A stretch of DNA of 11,058 nt from an archaeon. Its GTDB lineage: Archaea > Iainarchaeota > Iainarchaeia > Iainarchaeales > CSSED10-239. This document shows, one piece after another, positions 1 to 5,537 of the stretch (the stretch's first letter is position 1; each line of letters starts with the position of its first letter). The DNA lies in assembly GCA_041657425.1 (NCBI GenBank), contig JBBABY010000016.1, positions 1 to 11,058 of the forward strand. Reading direction: 5' to 3'. The notes under the pieces were generated by a model that saw nothing but the letters and a program-made list of their open reading frames with translations, searched no databases and was not told the origin of the DNA. The position numbers were made by a program, and so were the translations under genes.

Positions 1-348
1 CCCGAGTGGGAGTCGGATGCTCGGTTCATCAAGCGTCTCAGGGCCGCTTGTCCTGACCAGTCCACGTGGCCTGCGATCGCACAGGAGTGCATGGATTCGG
101 CGTCCTTCAATGTTGCCGACCGTGAGGCTGGTCCTGCGAAGCCGAAGGTTGGTAAGAAGGACCTCGCCACTGCTCAAGATGCCATTGACAAGGGTCAGGC
201 GGAGCGTCTTGCAGACCTTCTGGGTCGCAAGCTTGCTCGTCCTGTTGGAACGGACCAGAAGTCTCTGGCCGAGGCGATCAAGGACCATCGCCAGTTGCTT
301 ATGGCTGCCGTTGAGGCTGCCCAGGCCAAGGAATTGTCGGAGGGCTAA
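1..348 (+). CDS. hypothetical protein, 3' end of a gene that starts upstream of the window
   Basis: Frame 1 is open from nt 1 to TAA 346-348; PEWESDARFIKRLRAACPDQSTWPAIAQEC precedes the tracked Met at 91. The sequence is protein-like with an Ala/Lys/Glu-rich helical tail. The competing frame-2 ORF 17-448 is Arg/Ser/Leu-rich and looks off-frame. About 60% GC by hand count, unlike the DNA that follows. Confidence 0.55.
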   Translation, partial: PEWESDARFIKRLRAACPDQSTWPAIAQECMDSASFNVADREAGPAKPKVGKKDLATAQDAIDKGQAERLADLLGRKLARPVGTDQKSLAEAIKDHRQLLMAAVEAAQAKELSEG

Positions 349-392
349 CCTCCGCCTTGATGGTTATTGCGAAGGAACTACCGTCCTGAGCA

Positions 393-421
393 TTGACGTT
401 AAAAGGCTCAATATTTATTAC
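393..421 (+). promoter_or_regulatory. weak sigma70-like promoter candidate (TTGACG, 17 nt spacer, TATTAC)
   Basis: TTGACG at 393-398, 17-nt spacer, TATTAC at 416-421 (4/6 match to TATAAT). It sits only 5 nt upstream of ATG 426, so a leaderless or near-leaderless mRNA would be required. The host sigma specificity is unknown. Confidence 0.2.
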
Positions 422-425
422 TTAA

Positions 426-680
426 ATGAGTGCTATAGTTACCTATAAACCCACGACAACCGACGCAATCTCCGCAAGAACTATGAAAATAGGAGAGCTG
501 GGATTCGTTCATGTCTCTGCCTTTAGAGCAGAAGGAGAAATAGTCTTGCGCGGATACTGTAGTCTTATGTCCTTAAGTAACCCGGGCAACACCTGGAACT
601 TTTCGGACGGTTCTCATGACGACTGCCAAGTTATCCCATTACCGGCGGGCACTAAAATTGAGTTTACCTCCGAAGCCTAA
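426..680 (+). CDS. hypothetical protein (84 aa)
   Basis: ATG start and TAA stop. It is the only sizeable ORF in this interval, has a balanced protein-like composition, and is followed by a hairpin plus T7 terminator. No family recognised. Confidence 0.55.
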   Translation: MSAIVTYKPTTTDAISARTMKIGELGFVHVSAFRAEGEIVLRGYCSLMSLSNPGNTWNFSDGSHDDCQVIPLPAGTKIEFTSEA

Positions 681-687
681 TTTCCCT

Positions 688-760
688 CACCCACCAACTT
701 GCCGCGCACTGATTACCGTTTTATCCGGGAGGCGCGCTGGAAGGTGGGTGCCTTTTTTTG
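688..760 (+). terminator. rho-independent terminator-like long hairpin followed by a T7 run
   Basis: CACCCACC (688-695) pairs perfectly with GGTGGGTG (743-750). An inner GC-rich helix GCCGCGC (701-707) pairs with GCGCGC (732-737) with one bulge, and an apical CCG/CGG helix lies at 716-718 / 726-728. The stem is followed by CC then TTTTTTT (753-759). Confidence 0.6.
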
Positions 761-802
761 TTTAAACATCTCCAACGCTATCAAACCTAACCTCCCCAAT
801 CA

Positions 803-1129
803 ATGCAACTCAGAACCATTCGCGACCAAGAACTTATTGATGCCGTAAAGGCAGTTATCCCTAACGCAATAGTAATAACCAACAACGGATGTCTGCAAAG
901 CGTAAATATCGAAAACAGGGTATTTATTCAAATCAGTTCCTACTCTATTGAAGTTGCTGTTCCAAAAACACAGACTGTTTTCCGTGCTGTTTCTACCGAT
1001 CCCGCTTTCCCGGCGTCTTTCGAGGACAAAAGTGAAAGTGCGTTGCAGACTGCTCTCGAAGAGTATAATGACAGACTGAAAGTGCCTGTTGTCTTTACGA
1101 TCGCCAAGATAGAAAAACCTCTTGACTAA
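803..1129 (+). CDS. hypothetical protein (108 aa)
   Basis: ATG start and TAA stop, with no competing ORF. The composition looks like a plausible mixed alpha/beta globular protein. No family recognised. Confidence 0.6.
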   Translation: MQLRTIRDQELIDAVKAVIPNAIVITNNGCLQSVNIENRVFIQISSYSIEVAVPKTQTVFRAVSTDPAFPASFEDKSESALQTALEEYNDRLKVPVVFTIAKIEKPLD

Positions 1130-1212
1130 GTCCTACAGCATATGTGCCTTTATGTAAGAAATTTCTCGCACGCTCCGCGCACTGCATGACAACAAAATAA
1201 ATAATAGATAAT

Positions 1213-1413
1213 ATGAAAGCTTATCTTCTGGGATTCTCAAATGGCATAACTCTCATATGTTATTCTGATAGTAGGGAGAATGCAAAAAACAAGGCACAGG
1301 TCACTATGGGCGGCAGTCTTGATAATTGCCGCTTGGCCTGGTGGGCCATTGTGGCGCTGCCCTCCAGTCTTCCATCGATAGTTGGAAGGAAGATGATTAA
1401 TATCATCCTCTAA
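1213..1413 (+). CDS. hypothetical small protein (66 aa)
   Basis: ATG start preceded by an A-rich leader. Its stop TAA (1411-1413) lies 1 nt before the next ATG (1415). It sits in a very AT-rich stretch. Short, with no family recognised. Confidence 0.4.
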   Translation: MKAYLLGFSNGITLICYSDSRENAKNKAQVTMGGSLDNCRLAWWAIVALPSSLPSIVGRKMINIIL

Positions 1414-1414
1414 A

Positions 1415-1642
1415 ATGAACTCTGAACTTAAAGTTGGCGATAAGGTCTATGCCTTCGAAACATACTCAGTAGACAAACTCGTTAAATGGCGTGTAGTTGA
1501 AATTCATGGCGATTTTTTAATAGTAAAACGAGGCTTTTTCTTTTATAAACTTAGTAAAAGCGTCGCAGTCCCCGTTCCGCTTCCTGCACCCTCCTTTTTC
1601 TCCCGTCTATGCCACAAACTCCTTTCCTGCCACACCAGCTAA
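1415..1642 (+). CDS. hypothetical small protein (75 aa)
   Basis: ATG directly after the previous stop. The N-terminal 50 aa (KVGDKVYAFETYSVDKLVKWRVVEIHGDFLIVKRG) look like a small beta-rich domain. The Pro/Ser-rich tail overlaps the next gene by 34 nt. Confidence 0.5.
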   Translation: MNSELKVGDKVYAFETYSVDKLVKWRVVEIHGDFLIVKRGFFFYKLSKSVAVPVPLPAPSFFSRLCHKLLSCHTS

Positions 1643-2160
1643 CCGAAAACTCCTTTCGCCGGTATGAACCCTTTATCAAAACCAGCGTTGCGCGTTTCCC
1701 TGAAGAAACCGAAACGCCAATTCCCGCCGGCACTGCTCCCACCACCTTCCTCGCACGCTTTCGTGACGCCATCGTCTCTCTTAAGCGTTTCCAATGGCCA
1801 ACCGATGTCGACTGCCAAAAACTTTGGACCATTTCTGGCCAATACACCCTTTCCGTCGATCCCTCCGGCCGGAGCGTGTGGTTCCGAATCAGGCACCGAG
1901 CAGGAAGACCCACGGACTTAATTAATGAGGCACGACAGGCCATCCCGGCGCTGAACGCAAACCTGGAAACAACATGGTCCGTTCCTGTCCCGACCGACAG
2001 CGAACTGACCGCTTTGTGCGTCCTCATCCACTTTAACCGGATTCGCGGTCCCATCGTTCTCCAGGCACGTTTCCCTGAAGAAATACGAGACGACCTGGAG
2101 GCAACCTACAACGTTGCCATCACGGACGACGAACCGGGACGGCGAACAGTAATAAACTAA
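1609..2160 (+). CDS. hypothetical protein (183 aa) with an internal ARFPEE repeat
   Basis: ATG start and TAA stop. It is the longest ORF in the interval; the overlapping ORFs (1664-1921 +, 1551-2054 -, 1639-1896 -) are Pro/Arg/Gly-rich and look off-frame. No family recognised. Confidence 0.65.
   Translation: MPQTPFLPHQLTENSFRRYEPFIKTSVARFPEETETPIPAGTAPTTFLARFRDAIVSLKRFQWPTDVDCQKLWTISGQYTLSVDPSGRSVWFRIRHRAGRPTDLINEARQAIPALNANLETTWSVPVPTDSELTALCVLIHFNRIRGPIVLQARFPEEIRDDLEATYNVAITDDEPGRRTVIN
1690..1708 (+). repeat. direct repeat copy 1 (GCGCGTTTCCCTGAAGAAA)
   Basis: The 16-nt core CGTTTCCCTGAAGAAA (1693-1708) is identical to 2068-2083. The match is 19 nt with one mismatch. It is codon-aligned and encodes ARFPEE. 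Confidence 0.9.
2065..2083 (+). repeat. direct repeat copy 2 (GCACGTTTCCCTGAAGAAA)
   Basis: Second copy, 375 nt (125 codons) downstream of copy 1 in the same reading frame, also encoding ARFPEE. Confidence 0.9.
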
Positions 2161-2171
2161 CCCTGTCTACC

Positions 2172-2402
2172 ATGCGTGGTCTTTCCCACAATCCTTGGTC
2201 CCCCAACGACCCTGCACTGCCCGGCTACGAACCGCCCGCCCGACGTCCTCTTCCGCCAATGGACTCAGAGATTGGCTGTTCTGATGTCTTTTTTCTTATG
2301 AGAAAAGCCCAGGACCGAGCAGAAGCCCAGGCTAAACTAAACAATCAACTAAAAGCAAAATGTCCACCCACCGACCCTGGCCTCCCGTCTACCCAGAAAT
2401 AG
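2172..2402 (+). CDS. hypothetical small protein (76 aa)
   Basis: ATG start and the only + strand ORF in the interval. It has a Pro-rich N-terminus and a helical KAQDRAEAQAKLNNQLKAK segment. It overlaps the next ORF by 43 nt. Confidence 0.4.
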   Translation: MRGLSHNPWSPNDPALPGYEPPARRPLPPMDSEIGCSDVFFLMRKAQDRAEAQAKLNNQLKAKCPPTDPGLPSTQK

Positions 2403-2728
2403 CGTCTGGCCAGACTATCCGTGTCCAGGCTGACATTCCTGTCGCCGACCATCGTGCCGTGCTTGGCGTTGCTGCCAACACCGGTATAATTTCTCATATC
2501 ATCCAGCAAACATTCAAATTCACCGCAGACTATGTCCGATCCAACCACCTCACCTTCACCGACTCCGAAGAATTCGTCCGATACATTTGCGAACGATCCT
2601 TTAGTTGCCCTGCTCAAACGTCCGTTTCATCAAAAGTCGCCAGACGAGCAACGCTCTTACGCGAACGAGCTGCGCACCAAAAGATGCTCAGCACAGAGTC
2701 TGGGGAAGATGCTACGACAGGAAGGTGA
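2360..2728 (+). CDS. hypothetical protein (122 aa as tracked); weak ribbon-helix-helix-like N-terminal pattern; 3' limit uncertain
   Basis: ATG follows an A-rich CTAAA-repeat leader. Residues up to about EEFVRYICERS (to about nt 2600) look protein-like, and IRVQADIPVADHRAVLGVAANTGIISHIIQQ resembles a strand-helix-helix. The remaining Ser/Thr/Ala/Arg-rich tail looks off-frame. Confidence 0.4.
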   Translation: MSTHRPWPPVYPEIASGQTIRVQADIPVADHRAVLGVAANTGIISHIIQQTFKFTADYVRSNHLTFTDSEEFVRYICERSFSCPAQTSVSSKVARRATLLRERAAHQKMLSTESGEDATTGR

Positions 2729-2816
2729 GGAGAGTGAAGTGAAAGATAAAAAGGCTCGGGCACGGACCAAGACGGAGTCTGTTGACGACCTACTAAAAAG
2801 CTTGGAGGAATCATGA
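2532..2816 (+). CDS. hypothetical protein (94 aa as tracked); 5' limit uncertain
   Basis: The C-terminal two thirds (LVALLKRPFHQKSPDEQRSYANELR...KDKKARARTKTESVDDLLKSLEES) look protein-like, and the ORF ends in an ATGA overlap with the exonuclease gene. The N-terminal Ser/Thr/Pro-rich 20 aa look off-frame. The true start may be ATG about 2709, or the ORF may continue from 2360-ORF after a frame change. Confidence 0.4.
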   Translation: MSDPTTSPSPTPKNSSDTFANDPLVALLKRPFHQKSPDEQRSYANELRTKRCSAQSLGKMLRQEGEESEVKDKKARARTKTESVDDLLKSLEES

Positions 2817-3754
2817 ACTCTCCCATTTCACCTCTAGAAGAACCCATTTCCCCCCTCGAAGGATCAGTCCTTCTGATCGACAACTCCGCATTGGAGTTTA
2901 TGCAGACCTGTCCCCGCTCTGCACAATACTCCATCGTACGCCGCCTGCGTCCAAATGTCGACAAGGCGGCCTTACACTTCGGCGGGATTATTCACAAAGT
3001 CCTCGAAACCCGTTATCGTCTCGGCAACCTTCCGGGTTATCCACAAGACTCACTCTGTCAGATGAAAATGCTAGAAACCGCCGAGAAAGAATTCTCTCAA
3101 TGGTCTCCGCCTGAAGAGGACTTTCGGAATCTTTCCTGCGCAACCAGTGTCATTCTCGAATACGGGAAAACCTACCCCGAGGAAGACTTTCAAATCGCCA
3201 CGTTTGCCGATGGCACTCCTTGCATTGAAGTTCCCTTCGCACTCCCCTTGGGAAAGGTTGGTGAGACCACTATTGTTTGGCAAGGCCGTATTGATCTTGT
3301 CTACACCATGCCCTTTGGTCCTGGCTTATACGTCATGGACCACAAGACCGCTTCCGTCGCGACCAACATGGACGAGTTTGTCATCTCCCACCAGTTCTAC
3401 GGCTATGCCTGGGCTGTCGAGCAATTACTCGGCCGCTCCGTTCTCGGTACAGTCATCAACCGGATCGTCGTTCGCCGGCCCACTCGTACCGGCACTGCCG
3501 TCACTCTCGAACGCAGGTTTAACCAATCCTCTCACTTTCTTATCGACGAATGGAAAAACGACATTCTTCACATTTGTGCAGACCTTCTCGAAAACGCCCG
3601 ACGCGACTACTTCCCCAAACACACCGCTTGGTGTGCGGGTAAGTTTGGTACCTGTCCGTTTCTCAAAGTCTGTTCTCTCGACAGTATGGATCAGCGCGAG
3701 TTGGTCCTTAACTCGGGAGAGTTTGTCACCAACGATTGGAGTCCCTTGAAATGA
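2813..3754 (+). CDS. PD-(D/E)XK nuclease, Cas4/RecB-like exonuclease with a Cys cluster (313 aa)
   Basis: RecB-family motifs are present in order: GRIDLVY (Asp codon 3293-3295), VMDHKT (D-x-K, 3338-3346) and the QxxxY motif HQFYGYA. One N-terminal Cys lies in MQTCPRS (2909-2911). Three C-terminal Cys lie in WCAGKFGTCPFLKVC (3632-3673), as in Cas4/AddB Fe-S nuclease domains. GGAGG at 2804-2808 precedes the ATG. Confidence 0.85.
   Translation: MNSPISPLEEPISPLEGSVLLIDNSALEFMQTCPRSAQYSIVRRLRPNVDKAALHFGGIIHKVLETRYRLGNLPGYPQDSLCQMKMLETAEKEFSQWSPPEEDFRNLSCATSVILEYGKTYPEEDFQIATFADGTPCIEVPFALPLGKVGETTIVWQGRIDLVYTMPFGPGLYVMDHKTASVATNMDEFVISHQFYGYAWAVEQLLGRSVLGTVINRIVVRRPTRTGTAVTLERRFNQSSHFLIDEWKNDILHICADLLENARRDYFPKHTAWCAGKFGTCPFLKVCSLDSMDQRELVLNSGEFVTNDWSPLK
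2822..2863 (+). repeat. imperfect 21-nt tandem duplication (2 copies, 17/21 identical) encoding PISPLEE/PISPLEG
   Basis: CCCATTTCACCTCTAGAAGAA (2822-2842) is followed directly by CCCATTTCCCCCCTCGAAGGA (2843-2863), at the extreme N-terminus of the exonuclease. Confidence 0.85.
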
Positions 3755-3936
3755 ACATTACACAAGTATCCTACGGCAAAACCATAAACATTGGCAACTA
3801 TCAAAGCATCCGAATTGAGTTCCGCGCTGACCTTCTCCCGGGAGAAAGCCTGGCAGAGACCATCGAACGCCTAAAAAAAATTCTCGACAAAGAAGAAACA
3901 CTTATTCTTCGTGAAAACGGACTTATAGCAAAATGA
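3751..3936 (+). CDS. hypothetical small protein (61 aa)
   Basis: The tracked start at 3736 is TTG. ATG at 3751 forms an ATGA overlap with the exonuclease stop and has GGAG at 3738-3741 upstream. The 3' end forms another ATGA overlap with the next gene. No family recognised. Confidence 0.6.
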   Translation: MNITQVSYGKTINIGNYQSIRIEFRADLLPGESLAETIERLKKILDKEETLILRENGLIAK

Positions 3937-4694
3937 AACCTTCCACACAATATACCCCACAAAAAACCATTTCCATTCTTTGTGTCGGCAATCCCGGAAC
4001 CGGCAAAACCCGTCTCATGTTTTCCCTTCCGCGTCCAGGCATTCTCGACGTCGATCTGAACATGGGCTCCGCCATCCGAGTCGCGCCGAACAAGTCCTTC
4101 ATGTTTTCCCAGCCTGTCTACGATGACAAAGGCATCGAACTGCCAAAAGCCCAACGTTGGCCAAATGCGGTCAAGGAAACCAAACTCCTTATCGCCTCCC
4201 CAGACACCGAGTCTATTTGTATCGACGGGCTGACCACTCTTTCCGAATGGCTTCTTGAGTATGCCGAGGCCAAACTTATCGAAGCGGGCATTAATGTTAA
4301 AAAAGAATATCTGGCGAAGTATCAGAACTTCATCAACCTGATGACCGAATACATCACCATGCTCCGTATTGGTGGTAAATACGTGTATGTAACCTGCCAT
4401 CAAACAGCCGACAAAAACGACATTTCCGGTGCTTGGTACTACAACCTCGCCATTCCCGGACAGCTTAAAGATCGTCTTGGCGGACTCTTCTCCGACGTGT
4501 GGGGGACCGGTACTACCGTCGTAGGCGACAGCGTAAAATACTTTGTCTCCACCCGCCCGACCAACATGCACGTCGCTCTTAAAACCTCTTTCGATCTCCC
4601 ACCGAAATTTGATGTAACCAACAAAAAACCTGAAGAAATTTGGTCCACACTCTCTCCTCTGCTTTCCTATGAAAAACCTGCTCCGAAACCTTAA
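3933..4694 (+). CDS. Sak4-like AAA_24 (RecA-superfamily) ATPase, recombination-associated (253 aa)
   Basis: Walker A GNPGTGKT lies at 3987-4010, followed by ILDVDLNMGS. There is a Walker B-like SICIDGLTTLSEW and a later YVYVTCHQ block. The tail KYFVSTRPTNMHVALKTSF matches my recollection of the AAA_24/Sak4 layout. Its position between a nuclease and an SSB-like gene is typical. Confidence 0.75.
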   Translation: MKPSTQYTPQKTISILCVGNPGTGKTRLMFSLPRPGILDVDLNMGSAIRVAPNKSFMFSQPVYDDKGIELPKAQRWPNAVKETKLLIASPDTESICIDGLTTLSEWLLEYAEAKLIEAGINVKKEYLAKYQNFINLMTEYITMLRIGGKYVYVTCHQTADKNDISGAWYYNLAIPGQLKDRLGGLFSDVWGTGTTVVGDSVKYFVSTRPTNMHVALKTSFDLPPKFDVTNKKPEEIWSTLSPLLSYEKPAPKP

Positions 4695-4947
4695 ATGTTT
4701 CTTCATCGGTAATCCACCGATCGCCTACTGGGACAAAAACGATGCTCTCCGACACGTTCATATCATCACCCCCAAACTAATCGGAGACACCTTTACTCAT
4801 TCTGAATACACCAACTATCTTATCTTCATCCCGGGTGGTCGCGTTCTTAACCACCCTGAACTTCACTGGACTTTCGTAAGTAAGTCGTCAGAGACTCACA
4901 CGAAGAAAAACAACAAATCAAACCAACCAATCGATATATACTCATGA
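4669..4947 (+). CDS. hypothetical protein (92 aa)
   Basis: ATG start overlapping the Sak4-like gene by 26 nt, and the only forward ORF in the interval. It ends in an ATGA overlap with the next gene. The last 60 nt or so are an A/C-rich low-complexity tract that could instead be an untranslated leader. Confidence 0.45.
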   Translation: MKNLLRNLKCFFIGNPPIAYWDKNDALRHVHIITPKLIGDTFTHSEYTNYLIFIPGGRVLNHPELHWTFVSKSSETHTKKNNKSNQPIDIYS

Positions 4948-4967
4948 ACGAAGACATGAACGAAGAC
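4944..4967 (+). repeat. perfect 12-nt tandem duplication ATGAACGAAGAC x2 including the start codon
   Basis: 4944-4955 and 4956-4967 are identical, giving MNED-MNED and two equivalent in-frame ATG starts. Confidence 0.95.
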
Positions 4968-5474
4968 ACTCCTACCACTCCAGTCTCTCCTACTGACATT
5001 CTTGCTCAGCTGGAAGCTGCCGACCCAACGAAAATCGAGACTTCCTATCCTATTCTTGCTACCGGTACGGTCAGCGCCATTGTTTCCTCCGTTACCGCCG
5101 ATGCTAAGGATGGAAAGGGATTCCTGACCATCAAGTACACCCTCGCCCAACCGTGGCACAGTCAACCTATCGACGGAAGCGAGGCAAAGCAAATCCAAGT
5201 CGGCTTCCCATTCAACGAACGCATCTACTTCAACGACTGGGAAGATCCTCAATCCCACGAAATCAAAAACTTCGGGATGGTCCGTCTTGCCCAATTCCGC
5301 GAAGCGATCTTCGGTAAGGCAAAGGAAGGCGACAGCCTTATGCCGCTCGAACAGTATATCAACCAGCCTATCACCCTCAACCTCAAGTTCGAACCCGCCC
5401 CCAAGAACAAGAAATCGGGCGAAGTCTACAGCCCCAAAACCACCATCGCCGGCTACGTCCGCCGGAAGGTGTAG
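4944..5474 (+). CDS. probable phage single-stranded DNA-binding protein, DUF669-like (176 aa)
   Basis: The gene itself is well supported by its length, composition and a following terminator. The function is inferred from the pattern PILATGTVSAIVSSVTADAKDGKGFLTIKYTL...ERIYFN...MVRLAQFREAIFGK, which resembles DUF669 SSBs. Those usually sit next to Sak4-type ATPases. The confidence given is for the functional call. Confidence 0.55.
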   Translation: MNEDMNEDTPTTPVSPTDILAQLEAADPTKIETSYPILATGTVSAIVSSVTADAKDGKGFLTIKYTLAQPWHSQPIDGSEAKQIQVGFPFNERIYFNDWEDPQSHEIKNFGMVRLAQFREAIFGKAKEGDSLMPLEQYINQPITLNLKFEPAPKNKKSGEVYSPKTTIAGYVRRKV

Positions 5475-5497
5475 TCCCTCAAAAGGACTGAACCAAA

Positions 5498-5535
5498 GGA
5501 TTCCCCCCCGGCCAATACCTGGGGGGGAATTTTTA
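5498..5535 (+). terminator. rho-independent terminator (C7/G7 hairpin plus T-run)
   Basis: ATTCCCCCCC (5500-5509) pairs with GGGGGGGAAT (5521-5530) around an 11-nt loop. T residues follow at 5530-5534. It lies 24 nt after the SSB-like stop codon. Confidence 0.65.
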
Positions 5536-5537
5536 AT

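Noticed and set aside
338-354. Small hairpin (CGGAGG / CCTCCG) spanning the stop codon of the first gene, considered as a terminator
   Set aside because: It has only a 6-bp stem and no downstream T-run, so it is not convincing as an intrinsic terminator.
17-448. 143-aa ORF in frame 2 overlapping the first gene
   Set aside because: It is extremely Arg/Ser/Leu-rich, which is typical of an off-frame reading of GC-rich coding DNA. Frame 1 gives a far more protein-like product and is open to the window edge.
681-802. Intergenic region checked for a tRNA or other small RNA gene; spacers 349-425, 1130-1212 and 5475-5537 were checked as well
   Set aside because: There is no GTTCRANYC T-loop box or cloverleaf arrangement. 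The structure present is explained by a terminator hairpin, and the other spacers are too short.
702-1184. 10-mer CCGCGCACTG shared by two intergenic regions (702-711 and 1175-1184), considered as a possible operator motif
   Set aside because: Only 10 nt are shared, with no flanking similarity and no inverted partner. Repeated 10-mers are expected many times by chance in 11 kb. Even when restricted to intergenic DNA, the rough chance estimate is about 0.1.
1186-1214. Promoter-like ATGACA, 17-nt spacer, TAATAT upstream of ORF 1213
   Set aside because: The -10 candidate overlaps the ATG itself, so it cannot drive that gene. The AT-rich context produces such matches easily.
1609-1642. Possible -1 programmed frameshift joining ORF 1415-1642 to ORF 1609-2160
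   Set aside because: There is no X XXY YYZ slippery heptamer in the 34-nt overlap, and ORF 1609 has its own ATG. An ordinary overlap is the simpler explanation.
1551-2054. Minus-strand ORFs 1551-2054 and 1639-1896, and + strand ORF 1664-1921, overlapping ORF 1609-2160
   Set aside because: They are Arg/Gly/Pro-rich shadow ORFs. The 183-aa + strand ORF is longer, more protein-like and fits the gene chain.
3801-4706. 301-aa minus-strand ORF antisense to the Sak4-like gene
   Set aside because: It has no recognisable motifs and an Arg/Gly/Phe-rich composition. It is fully antisense to a gene with clear Walker motifs, and every supported gene in the window is on the + strand.
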